Assembly: GCA_026390595.1 (NCBI GenBank)
Contig: JAPLFQ010000019.1
Coordinates: forward strand, 41,860 to 105,859
Reading direction: 5' to 3'
Length of the DNA: 64,000 nucleotides
Source of the DNA: Ignavibacteriales bacterium
GTDB lineage: Bacteria; Bacteroidota; Ignavibacteria; UBA10030
Part shown: one piece after another, positions 59,587-64,000 of the stretch
Layout: each line of letters opens with the position of its first letter
How positions within the stretch are numbered: the first letter of the stretch is position 1
Position numbers and translations under genes: made by a program
Notes under the pieces: generated by a model
Seen by the model: the letters and a program-made list of their open reading frames with translations, nothing else
The model's database searches: none
Told to the model about the DNA's origin: nothing

Positions 59587-60996
59587 TTGGCGACAACGGA
59601 ACATTTGGAAGAATCGACACTGGCGCTCTACGTCCTCGGCGCACCTGAAGTGCAGGATCGCCGCAAGGAGATTGCGTCGCACATGGCAGACTGTGCCGGA
59701 TGCGCAGATCTCGTGGAGAAGATCAGGGATTACTATGTGGATGTGCAAGAGATCGAGCAGGCGGAGGCTCCTGCTTTTCTCCCGTCCTTGAATGTCTCCG
59801 GGCAACTGGTGCGCAAGACGGGGGGTGAGAGCGCGGTGCCCGTCATCCCGGGTCGCCGTGCGACGTCTGAGGTTGTCATCAGTTCCTTCAGGACGTATCC
59901 CATCCGCTGGACCGGGGCGTTCGCCCTGGTTGCAGCCGCGCTCATGCTTGTCGTGCCGAAGCTCGTAACAAGAGATGCGAGCCCTGCTTATCTGCGTGCG
60001 AAGGACGAATTTCTGGTCGCATTGAACAAGAATGGTGAAGAACTTTGGAGAAAACTTGTCGTCCCGGGTTTCGACCTTAAAACGAGCAAGACCGCTTTGA
60101 CTAACTTCTCGGTACTCGAAGATGTGGATGGAGATGGGAAGAAAGAGGCTGTTTTACTGTCGCCTCATCCAGAGGCGCCTCCCGGAAGTTATCAAGCGAC
60201 CTCGATTCGATGCTTTAACGCGGACGGGAACGACCGATGGATTGTGGCTTACCATCCCGTCATGACATTCGACTCAGTGGCATTCTCTGGCGATTATCTG
60301 ATTCAGCCGCCACTTGGGGTCAGGGATTTCGACCGGAATGGGAAGTACAGTGTGGTGTTCGTCGCACATCACGCCACTTGGTGGCCGGCAGTTGTGGGTA
60401 TGCTGGATGCCAGCAACGGAAAGCCGATTGCGGAATATTGGCATCCCGGTTGGGTGAAACTTGCGATAAAGGACATTGATGGGGATGGGAGGGAAGACAT
60501 CCTGGCAGTAGGATATAACAACGCATTCAAAAAGAATGTCCTGGCGGTTCTGGATCCACGCAAGGCTGCTGGACACGCTCCGGCAGCGACCGGATTCACG
60601 CCGAAAGATATCGAAGCTGCCGCGGAGAAGTTTTACATCCTGCTGCCCGATCCGGATCTATTTGGATTGTCACTTCGTCTGCCGGGCGAGAACAATTCAT
60701 GGATTGAGGAAAGCTCCGGTCTCGTCATACGCACAACCAGATATCTGACAGATGGCAAGCGGGGTGATCGCGTAGCGGAGGTATTCTTCGAATTTGACGG
60801 TCACATGAACTGCGTCCGGGTCAGGGGAGGAGACGAGTTTGTTGCTCTGCACCATGACCTCGAAAAAGCGGGCAAGCTCAGCCGGAAGATCGAGGAAGGG
60901 TATTTCGAAGAGATGCGCCGGGGCGTTCAATATTGGGATGGAGGGAAATTTGTGAAGGAGGTGACGATTAATAAGAAGTATGTGAGGAGTAAGTAG
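59587..60996 (+). CDS. ZAS (zf-HC2) anti-sigma-like protein with one TM helix and an FG-GAP/VCBS beta-propeller
   Basis: H...LALYVLG...HMADCAGC; TM WTGAFALVAAALMLVV; repeats DVDGDG, DFDRNG, DIDGDG. Confidence 0.8.
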   Translation: MATTEHLEESTLALYVLGAPEVQDRRKEIASHMADCAGCADLVEKIRDYYVDVQEIEQAEAPAFLPSLNVSGQLVRKTGGESAVPVIPGRRATSEVVISSFRTYPIRWTGAFALVAAALMLVVPKLVTRDASPAYLRAKDEFLVALNKNGEELWRKLVVPGFDLKTSKTALTNFSVLEDVDGDGKKEAVLLSPHPEAPPGSYQATSIRCFNADGNDRWIVAYHPVMTFDSVAFSGDYLIQPPLGVRDFDRNGKYSVVFVAHHATWWPAVVGMLDASNGKPIAEYWHPGWVKLAIKDIDGDGREDILAVGYNNAFKKNVLAVLDPRKAAGHAPAATGFTPKDIEAAAEKFYILLPDPDLFGLSLRLPGENNSWIEESSGLVIRTTRYLTDGKRGDRVAEVFFEFDGHMNCVRVRGGDEFVALHHDLEKAGKLSRKIEEGYFEEMRRGVQYWDGGKFVKEVTINKKYVRSK

Positions 60997-61148
60997 GAAA
61001 TATTTGAGCGTCGGCTTTCAAGTCGACGTTTCGGTCAGGACATAACATAGATAGCCGAATTGCCAGAAGTGAGAATGGCGGTTCGGCTTTTTTCTTGGCC
61101 CCGACATTCTGCATGAGGGTCGATGTGAAGTATAAAGAACTATCAGAA

Positions 61149-61511
61149 ATGTCTCAGAGAGATGCCACAAGATCTGTGAAAACGTACTCCCTTACTGCTT
61201 GGATCGATACTTCAAAACCTGAGGTCATTGAACGCGCCCTTCGGGATCTCTCGCCGAGGAGGAAGATCATTCACACTGATGTGGGTTTCTTTCTGAAAGC
61301 AACCGTTCGCGGTCCGGATGCGAGGCTTTTGAACAAGCACCTTCTGCTTGCTCTCCGGAGCATAGAGCCCTGTACGGCGCTTCACGCAGAATGGAAAACG
61401 CGGAATTCAACTCAATGGTTCTTCAACTATGTTCAAAAACGATCACGCAAAACAAGTTCTTCTCATTGTCTGAAGCCGCATCAGGCCGGACACGCACGTT
61501 CGAGGCGCTAG
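61149..61511 (+). CDS. Hypothetical protein
   Basis: Compact alpha/beta-patterned ORF (G..AR.LN..LL..LR..E..T.L.AEW...FF.YV.K). Confidence 0.6.
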   Translation: MSQRDATRSVKTYSLTAWIDTSKPEVIERALRDLSPRRKIIHTDVGFFLKATVRGPDARLLNKHLLLALRSIEPCTALHAEWKTRNSTQWFFNYVQKRSRKTSSSHCLKPHQAGHARSRR

Positions 61512-61555
61512 CCCTCATCCCGCACGATTCAGAGTTCCGAGAGGATTCCTCACAC

Positions 61556-62740
61556 ATGAATCGCCTGGCAGCAATTCTCATCGCCCTCTGTATCATCCAC
61601 GTATGTTCGTTCGCTGGACCCGCGAAGGCATACTTCTGCCGCGCGAGCATCGGAAACGCAGTTGTACTTGAAAACGATTTGGTGAAAATCACGATCGCCG
61701 AGACTGGGGGCAAAGTGATCGGATGGTATGTCAAGAGCCTCCGGAGAGATATCGCTGCCTGGGATTCCACCTTGCCGTATGCAGTTCTTGCACAACGATT
61801 TGGTGTCTTCGACGACTCAGCAAAATGGCCTGGAGGCTGGCCATCACCTATTGGCCTGGAGAAGTATCAAACCGAGATACTCCCGTCTGCCGATCAATCG
61901 GCTCGTGTGAGACAGACATTGATTGTTCCCCCGCCTTCTGCGTTTTCTGGATTAAGTGTGGAGAAGACCTACACACTTTCCGTGAATCGTTATGAGCTCT
62001 CGGTCGACTATGTCATCACAAACACCTCAAGGGAGGTCAAGTGCTACTTGGATAGCGGGAGCACATACGGCATCAATCTGACCGTCGAAACGACGATGCT
62101 CTGCGACACCAGCTACACGATATCGTTCAAATCGAACGGCAGAGTGTACTCAAGTCCATTTCCTGCTGAATTCTTTAACCCCGATGCCCCGAACGCTGAA
62201 TTCAAGCAGGCCATCGACTGGTGCGCTATCGAAGACAAGAATGGCGGATATGTGATGGGCTCCTTCTATCCTTCCGGATTGACACGCGGCCTTTGGCCTG
62301 GCGAACAAAGGTCGGGAGCGTACGACTATGAGATAATCTTTCGATCTGTGACCTACCAGCCGGGACAGGTGGAGACATATCATTTCAGGACGTGTGGAGG
62401 CCCGGGCAACATAGAGTCGTTCGCAAGAGGCGAACTCTCCAACCCGACATCGATCGAGAGGGCGACCGATGAAGTCCCAGGTCAGCTGAGGCTCATGCAA
62501 AACTACCCAAACCCTTTCAATCCGAGCACCACTATCGAGTTTAGCGTGCCGGCGAATTCGTTCATATCTTTGAAAGTCCTCAATCTGCTTGGACAAGAAG
62601 TGGCTGTCCTGGTGAATGAAGAAAAGCATGCTGGACTGTACAGGATTCAATGGCAGGCAGATGTGCCCAGCGGGGTTTATTTGTATCGACTTCAGTCCGG
62701 GGGCCACACGCTTCTCCGGAAGATGACGTTCATCCGTTAG
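61556..62740 (+). CDS. Secreted protein with a beta-supersandwich-like domain and T9SS type A CTD
   Basis: GAGGA SD, signal peptide, VLENDLVKITI...GGKVI; C-terminal QNYPNPFNPSTTIEF...SGVYLYRL...KMTFIR. Confidence 0.85.
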   Translation: MNRLAAILIALCIIHVCSFAGPAKAYFCRASIGNAVVLENDLVKITIAETGGKVIGWYVKSLRRDIAAWDSTLPYAVLAQRFGVFDDSAKWPGGWPSPIGLEKYQTEILPSADQSARVRQTLIVPPPSAFSGLSVEKTYTLSVNRYELSVDYVITNTSREVKCYLDSGSTYGINLTVETTMLCDTSYTISFKSNGRVYSSPFPAEFFNPDAPNAEFKQAIDWCAIEDKNGGYVMGSFYPSGLTRGLWPGEQRSGAYDYEIIFRSVTYQPGQVETYHFRTCGGPGNIESFARGELSNPTSIERATDEVPGQLRLMQNYPNPFNPSTTIEFSVPANSFISLKVLNLLGQEVAVLVNEEKHAGLYRIQWQADVPSGVYLYRLQSGGHTLLRKMTFIR

Positions 62741-62850
62741 AATCAGTGAGCTTATCTTCAGATGGCAGTATTCCGACGCAAGCGGCAACCCTGCGGACGG
62801 ACCTTGGCGAAATACCAAACGCACCATCCCGACCTCGAAAGGAGCAGATC

Positions 62851-64000
62851 ATGAAACGCTGTGCCCGAGTTTGTTTAGCCGCATTGTCCTTTTTTTTTAG
62901 CACGAACGTGATGAACTCACAGTGGATCCAGACGAATGGCCCTACCGGGGGGGCAGTCTCTACCCTTGCGGCGATCGGTACAAACGTATTTGCGGGGAGT
63001 TCAGACGGCGGCGGTGTATTCTTGTCGACTGATTTCGGCACAAGCTGGAAGCACATCGACAGCGGCTTCGCCTACACTCCAGTCAAGGCGCTTACAGCAT
63101 ATGGAACAAGCCTGCTGGCTGGCACGGACAAAGGGATCTTTCTCACGAACGACAACGGGAAGAGTTGGAACAACGTGGGCGTCAACGGTCTCTCCGTTAA
63201 CGCGATCACAGTGGGAATAAACTCAGGCGGAGTCACGAAGATCTTTGCCGGAGTCAGTTCAAGCCCCGCCGTCTATATGTCCACCAACGGAGGAGCCTAC
63301 TGGAACGCAGCAACCAATTCGGGATTGTCGGCATCTGCTGTTTATTCGCTTGCCGTCAGTTCACTCGCCGCGGGCGGAACGGCTCTTTTTGCGGGCACCA
63401 GTTCGGGGGTCTTCTATTCGACAAACGACGGCGGAAATTGGACAGCGTCAAATACCGGGCTCACGGGGGCGTATGCCCACTCCATGGTCGTGGGTCCGGA
63501 CAGCGCAGGAAAGTCAAGTCTCTTCATGGGAAGCTACGGCAAGGGAGTTTTTCGCATGTCGCAAAATGGTTCCTCATGGGTTGCTGCCAGCAACGGTCTG
63601 ACAAGCCTTTACATCTACTCTCTGGTTGCAAACGGAAACGTGATGTACGCAGGAACGGGTGCAGGGCTTTTTGCAACGTCTGATGGAGGGAGATCCTGGA
63701 GCCCAATCGTGTCAGGTTTGGCGACGAACAGAATCAACGCTCTGCTTTTCGTCCCGTCAGGAGGAACTGGCGGTTCCAGCTTCTTCGCAGGCACAGATCA
63801 AGGCGTATGCCTATCCACCAACAATGCATCGACTTGGGTCAGCAAGAACTCAGGACTGGCGAACACTGTGATTTACGCATTCGGAGTCTCCGGCAAAAAT
63901 CTGTTTGCCGGGACATATGGCGGTGGAGTCTGCCGTTCAACCGACAATGGAACGAGTTGGACGACTGTCAACGACGGTCTTACAAACCTGAACGTTGATG
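62851..64000 (+). CDS. Secreted BNR/Asp-box beta-propeller protein (5' part; runs off the window)
   Basis: AAAGGAG SD, MKRCARVCLAAL...QWIQTNGPTGG, then repeated lfAGT..Gv..StdnG.sW units; no stop seen to 64000. Confidence 0.88.
   Translation, partial: MKRCARVCLAALSFFFSTNVMNSQWIQTNGPTGGAVSTLAAIGTNVFAGSSDGGGVFLSTDFGTSWKHIDSGFAYTPVKALTAYGTSLLAGTDKGIFLTNDNGKSWNNVGVNGLSVNAITVGINSGGVTKIFAGVSSSPAVYMSTNGGAYWNAATNSGLSASAVYSLAVSSLAAGGTALFAGTSSGVFYSTNDGGNWTASNTGLTGAYAHSMVVGPDSAGKSSLFMGSYGKGVFRMSQNGSSWVAASNGLTSLYIYSLVANGNVMYAGTGAGLFATSDGGRSWSPIVSGLATNRINALLFVPSGGTGGSSFFAGTDQGVCLSTNNASTWVSKNSGLANTVIYAFGVSGKNLFAGTYGGGVCRSTDNGTSWTTVNDGLTNLNVD

Noticed and set aside
62741..62850. c-di-GMP riboswitch upstream of the last gene
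   Set aside because: Only a GACGCAA fragment is present; the GGCAAA/GNRA-receptor architecture is not.

Overview
A ~57% GC (by eye), mostly + strand chromosomal segment from an FCB-group bacterium, most likely Ignavibacteria-like. Supporting signs are T9SS 'NYPNPFNP' C-terminal domains, a stand-alone atpD-atpC pair, an MGQQQLLL pilin-like protein, and E. coli-type -35/-10 promoters rather than Bacteroidetes -33/-7 ones. Gene content in order: (1) 1-10 kb, three glutamate dehydrogenases interleaved with two paralogous ~1000-aa receiver-domain/PEP-synthase-like proteins and a tiny Zn-ribbon protein; (2) 10-25 kb, a run of secreted peptidases and hydrolases; (3) housekeeping genes including class I fumarase, ybaK, tRNA-Thr(CGT), ypdA, atpDC, alr, manC, rlpA, perR-katG, SAM-II riboswitch-metH, gpmA, ferredoxins, queG and trxB; (4) a small lower-GC islet after the tRNA carrying a T9SS mini-adaptor and an FGE/C-lectin-fold protein with a DGR-like C-terminus; (5) a divergent ECF sigma/anti-sigma-like pair followed by secreted proteins. 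The best candidate for an undescribed system is the GDH / 'dikinase-receiver' array. Each large protein has an ATP-grasp domain, a candidate phospho-His domain and an intact receiver Asp, but no pyruvate-binding barrel, which suggests signalling or phosphotransfer linked to GDH control. No CRISPR array, rRNA, transposase, integrase or reverse transcriptase is seen. All calls come from motif recognition by eye; no database searches were run.
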